Origin: Candidatus Kerfeldbacteria bacterium
GTDB lineage: Bacteria > Patescibacteriota > Patescibacteriia > UBA10025 > JAHIVO01
Direction: 5' to 3'
DNA length: 64,000 nucleotides
Assembly: GCA_016214565.1 (NCBI GenBank)
Contig: JACROE010000002.1
Coordinates: forward strand, 984,007 to 1,048,006
The notes beneath the pieces were generated by a model. That model saw only the letters and a program-made list of their open reading frames with translations. It was not told the DNA's origin and ran no database searches. Shown piece by piece: positions 9,233 to 17,068 of this stretch. How positions within the stretch are numbered: the stretch's first letter is position 1; each line of letters opens with the position of its first letter. Position numbers and translations under genes: made by a program.

Positions 9233-9862
9233 TTATTTTCTGCCGACATAGCGTATGAGATTGTGGTTGTCAGTTAAGCGATCTTTGTACGTTTCACCTC
9301 GTGCATCGACCATAATAGTCTGGAATTGGCGAGTAAATTGCATTGCCATAGTAATGTCAAAAAATCGTTTTTGAACAGTATCAACGTCGAGGAAACCCGG
9401 CTCGATTGGAATGCCACTACGAAACTCCGGGTCGCTCTGTGAATTTACTAGGAAGGCACAAATACCACCTGTTTTTAAAACCCGATGAATATCATTAAAA
9501 ATTTCATAGGTGGTTGTCGTGTCAAAGTAGTGTAATGATAAATGGGCATATACCACATCAAATGTATTTTCCAAATACGGCAGCCGCTTGCTGATATCAT
9601 GGTGCTGAATGCGAATGTTGTTTGAGGTACGAAGCATTCTTTCCTGCGCTTTTATCAGTGCCGTTTCGGCTGAGTCAATCAAAGTAACCTGGTACCCCTT
9701 TTCCGCAAAGTATTTGGCGTCCTGTCCTTGCCCGCCCCCCATATCAAGTAGAGTCCCAGAGGGTGGGAAAAACTGCAGACACCATTCAGCAAAAAGCGAC
9801 GGCTGATTAATCCAATCCGCTTTACTATAGATTTCGTGCTGTTTGTTCCAGTAGGATTGCAT
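9233..9862 (-). CDS. Class I SAM-dependent methyltransferase
   Basis: Motif I LLDMGGGQGQDAKYFAEKG and an acidic motif II (VTLIDSAE). Confidence 0.7.
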   Translation of the reverse strand: MQSYWNKQHEIYSKADWINQPSLFAEWCLQFFPPSGTLLDMGGGQGQDAKYFAEKGYQVTLIDSAETALIKAQERMLRTSNNIRIQHHDISKRLPYLENTFDVVYAHLSLHYFDTTTTYEIFNDIHRVLKTGGICAFLVNSQSDPEFRSGIPIEPGFLDVDTVQKRFFDITMAMQFTRQFQTIMVDARGETYKDRLTDNHNLIRYVGRK

Positions 9863-9863
9863 A

Positions 9864-10631
9864 TTACTTTTGCATCAGTGATAAAAGTTTCCGATGTACA
9901 GTCGCATTGTTTGCTGCGATGATTCCTTTGGTTGGGCGATCATAACGTTGTTCGTGGCCATAAAAATCAGTGACTATGCCACCCGCTTCTTCGATAATGA
10001 TTTTTTGGGCAGCGGTATCCCAGGGATTTTTTCCAGGAAAAATATTAGCAATCAGCTGTCCGCTAGCAACCAGCATGCCAAAATACGTAGTGACCACGGC
10101 ATTAATCGCATAAGCGCCATTACGGAAAAGAAGATCATTAACTTTGACCAAATTCATTGGTGCACTGGGCCAGACGACTGATCCGATTACTTTGCGATTG
10201 ATAGTGCGGGACGTTGACACTCGGATGCGCCGGTGGTTGAGAGTAGCGCCTTTGTTTTTCTCTGCATAGTAGAGTCGATCCATAAACGGATCATACAGCG
10301 CGCCAATAATCGGTTCACCATCATGCACTAGTGCTAATGAAAACGTGCTGGTCGGTATGGCATGCGAATAGGGGAGTGTGCCATCTATCGGATCGCACAC
10401 CCAGATGTATTCCGCTTCCTTTCTCAGACTGCCGCCTTCCTCTGCAAGAATACCGTGTGTGGGAAATGATTTACGAATTGAACGAACCACTAACGCATTA
10501 ATCTGTTTGTCGGCAATAGTAATTGGCGTAGAGTCTTTTTTCCAGTCTTTAGTGATTTCATCTGAAAAATGTTTCCGCATAATACCACCGGCTTGGCGGG
10601 CGAGCTTGGTAATAAACGTCTGGTACTGCAT
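9864..10631 (-). CDS. Inositol monophosphatase family protein (SuhB / IMPase / FBPase-like)
   Basis: Signature IWVCDPIDGT plus the metal-binding motifs of the IMPase fold. Confidence 0.8.
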   Translation of the reverse strand: MQYQTFITKLARQAGGIMRKHFSDEITKDWKKDSTPITIADKQINALVVRSIRKSFPTHGILAEEGGSLRKEAEYIWVCDPIDGTLPYSHAIPTSTFSLALVHDGEPIIGALYDPFMDRLYYAEKNKGATLNHRRIRVSTSRTINRKVIGSVVWPSAPMNLVKVNDLLFRNGAYAINAVVTTYFGMLVASGQLIANIFPGKNPWDTAAQKIIIEEAGGIVTDFYGHEQRYDRPTKGIIAANNATVHRKLLSLMQK

Positions 10632-10632
10632 A

Positions 10633-11376
10633 TTATTTCTTTTTGGCCATCACTAGCTTAGTTCGAATGGGTATCGGAATATTTTTTGGGAAACGAGAAA
10701 CAATATGCTTAAGGTCGGCCAGTGCCTGTTTTTTCCGTTTTTCTGATAGCGCGAGATACCACGAAAACGATGTTTGCATCGTTATATACTCTTGGTGGGT
10801 CATATGGAGGTTTCGCTGGTATTCTTTAAGTGTGACATGGGTAAACTGCTTATGCGCCTTGAGCTGTTTAATAATTGCGTCTGCTTTGCCGCCTCGAGCG
10901 CGTGAATACTTCTTATGCAGGCGCAGCGCCATTTTTCCGATGCCGCGGTCGTAATAATTGTAATTCCACATCAAGGCCAACGTGCCGCCTGGTTTAAGCA
11001 GTGCATGTGTTTTACTGAAACGTGTACTCGGTTTAATCCAGTGAAACGTTTGAGCGGAAAATATTAAACCAAACCGGTTTTTGGGGAGCTTAATATTTTC
11101 AAACGGCTTGATAATGTATTTGACTCGTCGATAGCGTTTAAGGTTCCGACGGGCTATAGTTACCAGTCCTATACTAATATCGTTCGCCACATACGCATTG
11201 CCACGCCGAACAAACGGCTCGCTTGCTTTACCCGTGCCAATACCGATTTCGAGGATTGGATCAGATTTCTTGAGTCCTGCATACTGTATTACATCGCGAA
11301 ACATCTGGCTGGGATAATCCAGCCGTGCTTTGTCGTATTGCTCAGGGATGGTGCTAAATGTTTCTTTAAGTTTCAT
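10633..11376 (-). CDS. SAM-dependent methyltransferase (type 11-like)
   Basis: ILEIGIGTGKASEPFVRRG glycine-rich motif I, followed by the D/E of the acidic loop. Confidence 0.65.
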   Translation of the reverse strand: MKLKETFSTIPEQYDKARLDYPSQMFRDVIQYAGLKKSDPILEIGIGTGKASEPFVRRGNAYVANDISIGLVTIARRNLKRYRRVKYIIKPFENIKLPKNRFGLIFSAQTFHWIKPSTRFSKTHALLKPGGTLALMWNYNYYDRGIGKMALRLHKKYSRARGGKADAIIKQLKAHKQFTHVTLKEYQRNLHMTHQEYITMQTSFSWYLALSEKRKKQALADLKHIVSRFPKNIPIPIRTKLVMAKKK

Positions 11377-11394
11377 GGTAATCGAAATGACAGG

Positions 11395-11859
11395 TTAGAA
11401 TTGTTTTTTAAACGCCTTACCGTACACCTTAAATCCCATTTTTTGGTAAAAGGCGTGGGCCCGCGCTAGTTTTTCACCGCTCTTGGTGGTAATCGTCTCA
11501 GCGCCGTTTTCTTTAGCCCAAGCGGTGGCCGCTTTTACGAGTTGCTGTGCTATGCCTTTACCATGATACGCTGGTTGGACAAACATTTCCTCAATCTCAG
11601 CGTAATACGTTCCTGCACGCACGCGGGGAAAACGATAGATAGTTACGATACCGACGTACTGGTCACCATCTTGTGCTAGAAATATCGCACCGCTCTTTGA
11701 CTGAACCACTTCGTCATATACGGTGCCACCTTTGTGTACTGCGTCAGTTGAAACCGCTGTGGTGTTTGGATCTTCTTGGTGCATGACATGCGTCCGGAAT
11801 TCGTCCAGTAATATAAGCGCGGGGGATTTATGTTCTAGTGTCGCTTTGATTATTTGCAT
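11395..11859 (-). CDS. GNAT family N-acetyltransferase
   Basis: YHGKGIAQQLVKAATAWAKENG matches the acetyl-CoA-binding motif A (Q/RxxGxG/A). Confidence 0.75.
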   Translation of the reverse strand: MQIIKATLEHKSPALILLDEFRTHVMHQEDPNTTAVSTDAVHKGGTVYDEVVQSKSGAIFLAQDGDQYVGIVTIYRFPRVRAGTYYAEIEEMFVQPAYHGKGIAQQLVKAATAWAKENGAETITTKSGEKLARAHAFYQKMGFKVYGKAFKKQF

Positions 11860-11871
11860 ACATGTTTCTAT

Positions 11872-11934
11872 TTGTCATTCCGGACTTGATCCGGAATCTG
11901 AGCTACAGACCCTGAATCAAGTTCAGGGTGACAG
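11872..11934. other. Structured element: two adjacent 8-bp/5-nt-loop hairpins with mutually complementary loops, closed by an outer ttgtc/gacag stem
   Basis: Hairpin 1 is attccgga-cttga-tccggaat (11877-11897). Hairpin 2 is accctgaa-tcaag-ttcagggt (11909-11929). Loops cttga and tcaag are reverse complements. No trailing U-run. Confidence 0.35.
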
Positions 11935-11948
11935 GAGTTGGTGGTGTA

Positions 11949-12278
11949 TTAAATTAGCACTTGTATTTTATACGTTATGACATCACCCTCACTAAAGTTT
12001 TCCGCTTTCCGTACATCTTTCTTCAGTGGCAGCATATATTGTCCAGCTTTACTTTCTGGAAAAATCGATGTTTTCCACGTCGTTTTACCAATCGTTACTT
12101 TCACGGGCAATGATCCAAATCCACCCGTCAGCCCGTGGTACAGCTTTCTGATTCCCGTCGACTTGTCCTTGGGTAAGCTCACGAAGTGCCAAGCGCCTTC
12201 GCCTTGCCACACCCACACTTTCCCTTTGAATTTATATATTGTGTTTGAAGTCATTAGTGCAGCAATTTCTAATTCCAA
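11949..12278 (-). CDS. DUF1905 domain protein (YdeI-like)
   Basis: GAWHFVSLP...GSLPVKVTIGKTTWKTSIFP...GQYMLPLKKDVRK matches the DUF1905 pattern. The ORF-track start is TTG; the first ATG is at 12254. Confidence 0.6.
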   Translation of the reverse strand: MELEIAALMTSNTIYKFKGKVWVWQGEGAWHFVSLPKDKSTGIRKLYHGLTGGFGSLPVKVTIGKTTWKTSIFPESKAGQYMLPLKKDVRKAENFSEGDVITYKIQVLI

Positions 12279-12407
12279 ATATCTAATTTCTAATCAATGT
12301 TCAAATGTCTAAATCAGAATTTAGTAATTAGAAATTATTAATTATTCATTCTACCAATGTGTAAACAGTAGGGGATGGCATTTTTTCAAAATCAAATAAT
12401 TACTAAT

Positions 12408-13322
12408 TTAATTAAACTTTTTATATTGATTAATTGATTTCTCCCCCATGCAAAGTTCAAGAAAGTATTCCTCAATCACTGAGTTCTCTTTTGAAGTAAA
12501 AATAGTAAATAAATTTTCGTTTCTTTCATCACGAAGAATTTTCAAAATCGATGCCCTTAAAATGTACGTTGCCGTTTTAATATATTCATCAGTTTTTTCA
12601 AGATACTTTGAAACATCATTACCGTGGAGTAAAAAACTTCGGAATGTGTAAAGTTTTTTTACCTCCTTTACTAATTCAATGCGTTTATTTGCGTCTTTTA
12701 TTAATGGATGAAGAAACCAAGCAACTCGGGTAGCAATTTTATTTGAGACTTCAATATTGTCAGATGTATATAAACTCTCTAATGCGGTAACCAGGTTAAT
12801 AATTGAGTCAGTTATCGATGTTGTCCATCTAGAGTGCTCAACAAAGTCAATGGTGTTCCTTAGTCTAGAATACTCTTTCCCGGAGTATAGTTGGCTAACT
12901 TTTTTCCATGTTTTTGAAAGTAAATCTAAATCTCTGTGATTAATGATAGGTTTTGGTTCAGCTACTTTTTCGTGAATATACGGATTTATGCCTTTAGCAA
13001 TTGGAAATGACAAAAATGTATTAGTATTTTTTTCGTATATATACAATCCAGAAATTTTTGCAGTATTTGGGTGTATTATTCTTAATATTGCAATAACCCT
13101 ACCAACATCTTTTAATTCTGAGATAAAATCATTTGGGTCATGGTTCACATATTTACGATGAATTGCAATATTTATATAATTGGTGTCAATGTAATTTGCA
13201 TTTATCATCTTACGCCAGTATTCTTCTTTTGTTGGATTAACAATTAAATTCTCACCAACCTTTGTCGGTAGAGCACTATTATTTATTAACAAGTTTTTGA
13301 TCAGATATATCCTACTTGTCAT
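12408..13322 (-). CDS. Hypothetical protein with a C-terminal HEPN-like domain (Rx4H motif), Abi / ApeA-like candidate
   Basis: Very AT-rich and codon-biased compared with its neighbours. The C-terminal helical region (TALESLYTSDN...KLYTFRSFLLHGND) carries an R-x4-H motif typical of HEPN RNases. Overlaps the recombinase stop by 1 nt. Confidence 0.45.
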   Translation of the reverse strand: MTSRIYLIKNLLINNSALPTKVGENLIVNPTKEEYWRKMINANYIDTNYINIAIHRKYVNHDPNDFISELKDVGRVIAILRIIHPNTAKISGLYIYEKNTNTFLSFPIAKGINPYIHEKVAEPKPIINHRDLDLLSKTWKKVSQLYSGKEYSRLRNTIDFVEHSRWTTSITDSIINLVTALESLYTSDNIEVSNKIATRVAWFLHPLIKDANKRIELVKEVKKLYTFRSFLLHGNDVSKYLEKTDEYIKTATYILRASILKILRDERNENLFTIFTSKENSVIEEYFLELCMGEKSINQYKKFN

Positions 13323-14278
13323 TATTTTTCCAACGGATGATATTTTTTATGCGTCTTTTCGGCGTAACGATCGGAAGCGTTTACGTAGCGGGTAGTGGTA
13401 TCGAGTGACTCATGGCCAAGCAGGATTTGGATAGCGGCTGGGTTGGCACCGGACTCGGCGAGGTATGTGGCGAAGCCATGACGAAGACTATGCGCTGAGG
13501 TGGGCACATTGATCTGCAATGCTTCACGATACTCTTTTATTTTCATCTGGATATAGTCAGGTGAGATACGCGTGTCAGAACCGGACTTGGTATGGCGGCC
13601 GCGGTAGGGGATAAAGAGCGCGGGAAATTTATCATTTCGCGTAGCGAGATATTCTTGGATGTGCCGCTTCCCTCGATCAGTGAGATAGACGAAGCGTTGC
13701 TTGCGTCCTTTTCCTTCAATGAAAATTCTACCCGTGGCATCGATCTGGTTCTTGTTTAAGGATATCAATTCTGAGATACGCATACCAGTGGCAAATAAGA
13801 CCTCAAGGATGGCTCGGTTGCGTAGTGCTACCTTCTTATCCTTCTTCTCAGCAATGGTCGGATATTCGATCAATCGGACAATATCTGCCAATTCTGCTAC
13901 CTGGGGGTGGGTTTTAGCTGTTTTGGTTAATTTCACCATTTGGGGGTTTATGGGGCATTCGTAGTCATTATCGATTAAAAACCTCAAATATGTGCGAAAA
14001 CTGGATAACATTCGATTAATTGAGTAAGAATTGAGCCTTTTAGGGGCTGTTTGGCCACTGGCGGTGTTCCTGTCGCGTGACACTAAATAGGCCTTGTACA
14101 GCTCAATATCGCGCCTCTGGAGGCCTGTGAAGGGCTTGGAGGACTCTTCCTGCAGCCATACCAGGAATACCCCCAAATCCCGTTCATAGTTGTATATGGT
14201 CTTTTCGGAGTAGCTATTGGTCTGGAGGTTCAATAGGAAGTCATCCAGATGGGGTAGTTGGTTCTTTTGTTTGGGCAT
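13322..14278 (-). CDS. Tyrosine site-specific recombinase, XerC/XerD / phage-integrase family
   Basis: N-terminal SAM-like core-binding domain. Catalytic residues: R in ATGMRISEL, HSLRHGFAT (HxxR), and LGHESLDTTTRY (H and the Tyr nucleophile). Confidence 0.85.
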   Translation of the reverse strand: MPKQKNQLPHLDDFLLNLQTNSYSEKTIYNYERDLGVFLVWLQEESSKPFTGLQRRDIELYKAYLVSRDRNTASGQTAPKRLNSYSINRMLSSFRTYLRFLIDNDYECPINPQMVKLTKTAKTHPQVAELADIVRLIEYPTIAEKKDKKVALRNRAILEVLFATGMRISELISLNKNQIDATGRIFIEGKGRKQRFVYLTDRGKRHIQEYLATRNDKFPALFIPYRGRHTKSGSDTRISPDYIQMKIKEYREALQINVPTSAHSLRHGFATYLAESGANPAAIQILLGHESLDTTTRYVNASDRYAEKTHKKYHPLEK

Positions 14279-14358
14279 AAATGATTATAGTTGCCGCTTG
14301 TTGCCTGACTGCGTCAGGAGATTCTTCGTATTAACTCAGAATGACAAGGGTGATGTAG

Positions 14359-14386
14359 CTATTAATAGGGTATATTATAGGCCTAT
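14359..14386. promoter_or_regulatory. 28-bp element made of two perfect 10-bp palindromes (ctattaatag, ataggcctat) flanking gtatatt; candidate recombinase or operator site
   Basis: Read directly in the sequence, 80-110 bp upstream of the recombinase start. A second palindrome cctgac-tgc-gtcagg lies at 14304-14318. Confidence 0.3.
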
Positions 14387-14504
14387 TTGATTCGGTGTAA
14401 GAGATATTATACCGAGTAACATATCCATTGTAGCATATACCAAAAACAGGTCAAACCGTGATTTTGAGAATTATCTTTCAGTAAACTAGTTCGTTCCTCA
14501 TACC

Positions 14505-14533
14505 TTGACAAGTGTAGTTTATTTGCCTATTAT
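14505..14533 (+). promoter_or_regulatory. Sigma70-type promoter TTGACA-17-TATTAT
   Basis: Perfect -35 ttgaca (14505-14510), a 17-nt spacer, and tattat (14528-14533), about 50 nt upstream of the 14584 start. Confidence 0.55.
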
Positions 14534-14583
14534 GTCGGGAATAAATATCGTACATAGAACAATTTAACTACTGGAGGTTTTCA

Positions 14584-15252
14584 TTGATACCCAGAGAAAT
14601 AGATGCAACTCCTGAGGACTTTCTGACCTCAACCGTCCTGACACTGCTTAATATGTCAGGACGCTTCATCTCCCAGGCTGATACACTTATCGTCTTCCCT
14701 GGCTTTGGTGGCCCTGGAATGATGGGTAATGCTATTACCCTTTTCCATGAAAACGCGAATTTTAAGCGTTTAATCGTGGGAGGCATTCATCCCAAACTTA
14801 TCGATGATAATGTTGGTACATATGCACTGCTGCATCCTGAGGTTCTGGCTCGTGATCCCTATTCGTTCGTGCCGCCGACGCAGGTATTTACCCAGGTATG
14901 TGCTGAGCATACCAAAGATCAGGCAAATTGGATTGCCCGGCAGTGCTTTGAGCAAAGCGTAACATCGGCAGTATTGATTGCCGCGCCGTTTCACCTGACA
15001 CGAGCGTACTTAACCACTCTTAGCTCACTGCACAATGTCGGCTGTACCGATGATGATCTTCTGCTCATTCCTCACGCCGCTTCGGCGCCTATGACTAAAG
15101 TCTTTCCTGACTTTGGACTCAGCCAGTGGATTCTTCTCGCCGGAGAGCTGCGGCGCATCCGAGCGTATCAGGAAAAGGGTGACATTATCCCTGATAAGAC
15201 TATCAAGGAGTACCTTACCTGGCTCGAGCAGCAACTTGGTTTCGCAATCTAA
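14584..15252 (+). CDS. DUF218 (YdcF/ElyC/SanA-like) domain protein
   Basis: LIVFPGFGG...RLIVGG and TQVCAEHTKDQANWIARQCF...AVLIAAPFHLTRAY resemble the DUF218 core (SxnTxeNA...vlVTsxxHmxRA). Confidence 0.5.
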   Translation: MIPREIDATPEDFLTSTVLTLLNMSGRFISQADTLIVFPGFGGPGMMGNAITLFHENANFKRLIVGGIHPKLIDDNVGTYALLHPEVLARDPYSFVPPTQVFTQVCAEHTKDQANWIARQCFEQSVTSAVLIAAPFHLTRAYLTTLSSLHNVGCTDDDLLLIPHAASAPMTKVFPDFGLSQWILLAGELRRIRAYQEKGDIIPDKTIKEYLTWLEQQLGFAI

Positions 15253-15270
15253 TTGTAACCATACGACTCC

Positions 15271-15317
15271 CCCGCCATTTTCAATTATTTGAGAGTGGCG
15301 GGATTTTATTTTTTATT
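15271..15317 (+). terminator. Rho-independent terminator
   Basis: Stem cccgcca...tggcggg followed by attttattttttatt. Confidence 0.6.
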
Positions 15318-15323
15318 AGTTAT

Positions 15324-15360
15324 AAAAAAACCGTTGCCATATGGATATATACAACAACGG
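15324..15360 (-). terminator. Rho-independent terminator for the minus-strand gene ending at 15385
   Basis: Minus strand reads ccgttg-ttgtatatatccatatgg-caacgg followed by TTTTTTT (plus-strand aaaaaaa at 15324-15330). Confidence 0.55.
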
Positions 15361-15384
15361 TTTGTCCTGTAGCGCATGATGCGC

Positions 15385-15720
15385 TCAACGCCTAAATTTC
15401 TCAGCCACCGATGGAATAACATCACTTACCTTCACGATTTTACCAGGTTTGATATTGAGCTCGACGTCTTTGTTGTCCCAGTTTCCATCTGAGACAATGT
15501 TACGCGCACAAAGTACGATGGTCTTGAGTGCGCTTATTATCTCAGTGCGATCTTGCTGATTGCCAAAATCAACATTGAGCAATAATGATCCAGCGGCGTC
15601 GCGAATCGAACCGTGATACCGATGATCAGGCATGGGACCCCAGGCGTAAAAATAGGTGGACTGTTGGGCGACCTGGACAACCTGGGACGGTGGCAAGCTG
15701 AGTTTAATGTGCATGTGCAA
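15385..15720 (-). CDS. Hypothetical protein
   Basis: ORF flanked by a promoter-like region and a terminator. No recognisable family. Confidence 0.4.
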   Translation of the reverse strand: MHMHIKLSLPPSQVVQVAQQSTYFYAWGPMPDHRYHGSIRDAAGSLLLNVDFGNQQDRTEIISALKTIVLCARNIVSDGNWDNKDVELNIKPGKIVKVSDVIPSVAEKFRR

Positions 15721-15773
15721 CCTCCATGTGTCTAAAGAGCCTAACGAAATGCGGAAGTGGGTACATCTTCATG

Positions 15774-16127
15774 CTACGACTCGCCCACCTCATTGTCAAT
15801 TGAAATAAAGAAGGCCAGCGTGATGCCGGCCTCCTGAGGTAGTATCAGACGTGATGTCTGCGTACCGTTATTGAGATTGCGCTGAATATTATCCCAGCGC
15901 GGGATGATGAATGTGGCTGCGGCAGCCAGGATCAAGGCAAGACCAGCCCACATGCAAATCTGCTGGAAATTTCGAACACGGTTATACTTGTGTTCAGCCA
16001 TTTCCGGAGTTTCTTTGCTGTACGCAAATCGATGCATGCCGCTTTTGGGTTCCTTGAATCCTTGTGCTATCAAGGCACAAAAAAACATGAATCCCGCTGC
16101 ACATAAAACGTATAACGCGGCGTCCAT
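15774..16127 (-). CDS. Hypothetical membrane protein (2 TM)
   Basis: Two hydrophobic helices (LYVLCAAGFMFFCALIAQGF, MWAGLALILAAAATFII). Confidence 0.4.
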   Translation of the reverse strand: MDAALYVLCAAGFMFFCALIAQGFKEPKSGMHRFAYSKETPEMAEHKYNRVRNFQQICMWAGLALILAAAATFIIPRWDNIQRNLNNGTQTSRLILPQEAGITLAFFISIDNEVGES

Positions 16128-16186
16128 AAATCACCTGCCTCCTTTAAACGGGTTTTTGCTCCAATTCAAGGAGCTTGTTTGTATTT

Positions 16187-16438
16187 TTATTTGCTTTTGA
16201 CGACGTCTATTGAGCAATTCGTCAGTAATGCAGCTAAAGCTCCAACAGCTGCTAACATGGGCAATATAATCGTCCCGACTGAAGCAAAGCTTACCGGTAT
16301 TTCCAATATTTGATTCCCTTTGTCGTCTTTGATGATCAGCTTGCGAACGTTTGCTTCGTGCACCAGCTTCTTCACTGTTTCTACGAGTTGTTCGCCCGTT
16401 ACCTTAATTTCTTCTTTAAAAGTTTTTTCGTCAGTCAT
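16187..16438 (-). CDS. DUF4342 domain protein
   Basis: EEIKVTGEQLVETVKKLVHEANVRKLIIKDDKGNQILEIPVSFASVGTIILPMLAAVGALAALLTNCSIDV matches the DUF4342 pattern. Confidence 0.6.
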   Translation of the reverse strand: MTDEKTFKEEIKVTGEQLVETVKKLVHEANVRKLIIKDDKGNQILEIPVSFASVGTIILPMLAAVGALAALLTNCSIDVVKSK

Positions 16439-16649
16439 ATTGGTAATTAATAATGATTCTTTTTTTGTGTTTTGCTGCGCCTTCGTTAGTTTCAGTATAG
16501 CAAATTTAATGTTTTGTTACTTGATAATATATTTATAAATATTAATAAAACGCCCTTTTTTGCTAAATAATTAAGCTATTTTATTTTGGCTAATATTAGC
16601 CTTCAATTAGCTCTTTTAAGCTGGTAAGTATATTTTATGCCCATAAACA

Positions 16650-16678
16650 TTGGCTCAAATGCGTTTTCGTGCTATACT
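16650..16678 (+). promoter_or_regulatory. Sigma70-type promoter TTGGCT-17-TATACT with extended TG, serving the HU gene
   Basis: ttggct (16650-16655), spacer ending in tgc, tatact (16673-16678). A 14-bp perfect palindrome ggctaatattagcc lies about 50 bp upstream at 16588-16601. Confidence 0.5.
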
Positions 16679-16727
16679 ACCCATTGATAAGTTCATTGGC
16701 AATTTTACCATTAACGGTACAAATACC

Positions 16728-17009
16728 ATGGCAAAGATGACCAAATCTCAGCTCATGGCACATCTCTCAGAGAAGTCCGGCCTCTCCAAAAAAGAGGTTA
16801 CCAGTATGATGGACCTTCTCGTCGAGACTGCTTATGGCGAGGTCAAGTCCTCTGGTGAATTCACCGTTCCCGGCTTAGGGAAATTGGTGAAGAAACACCG
16901 CGCAGCACGGTCTGGCCGCAATCCGGCGACTGGTGCAACGATCCAAATTCCGGCCAAAACGGTCGTGAAGTTCCGCGTTGCGAAAGCTGCAAAGGAAGCT
17001 ATTCTCTAA
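16728..17009 (+). CDS. hup: HU family nucleoid-associated DNA-binding protein
   Basis: MTKSQLMAHLSEKSGLSKKEV...GKLVKKHRAARSGRNPATGATIQIPAKTVVKFRVAKAAKEAI is the HU/IHF fold with the arm RNPxTG. Start taken at an internal ATG; an alternative start is 16737. Confidence 0.85.
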   Translation: MAKMTKSQLMAHLSEKSGLSKKEVTSMMDLLVETAYGEVKSSGEFTVPGLGKLVKKHRAARSGRNPATGATIQIPAKTVVKFRVAKAAKEAIL

Positions 17010-17030
17010 GATCCAATAGAGAACAACAAA

Positions 17031-17058
17031 AAAGACTTGCATGATTGCGAGTCTTTTT
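17031..17058. terminator. Bidirectional intrinsic terminator between hup and the convergent nuclease gene
   Basis: 10-bp stem aagacttgca/tgcgagtctt with one G-U pair and a 4-nt loop, followed by ttttttg and preceded by an A-run. Confidence 0.6.
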
Positions 17059-17068
17059 TGTATTGCGA

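Noticed and set aside
14359-14386. Calling the 28-bp double palindrome a bona fide dif site
   Set aside because: Its length matches, but the two arms show only weak dyad symmetry under an 11-6-11 parse. It is kept as a low-confidence regulatory or recombination candidate, not annotated as dif.
14279-14583. Possible tRNA as an integration target next to the recombinase
   Set aside because: No T-loop (GTTCRANYC) or cloverleaf could be found by eye in the 305-bp intergenic region. It contains only palindromes and a promoter. No tRNA-like sequence was seen anywhere else in the window either.
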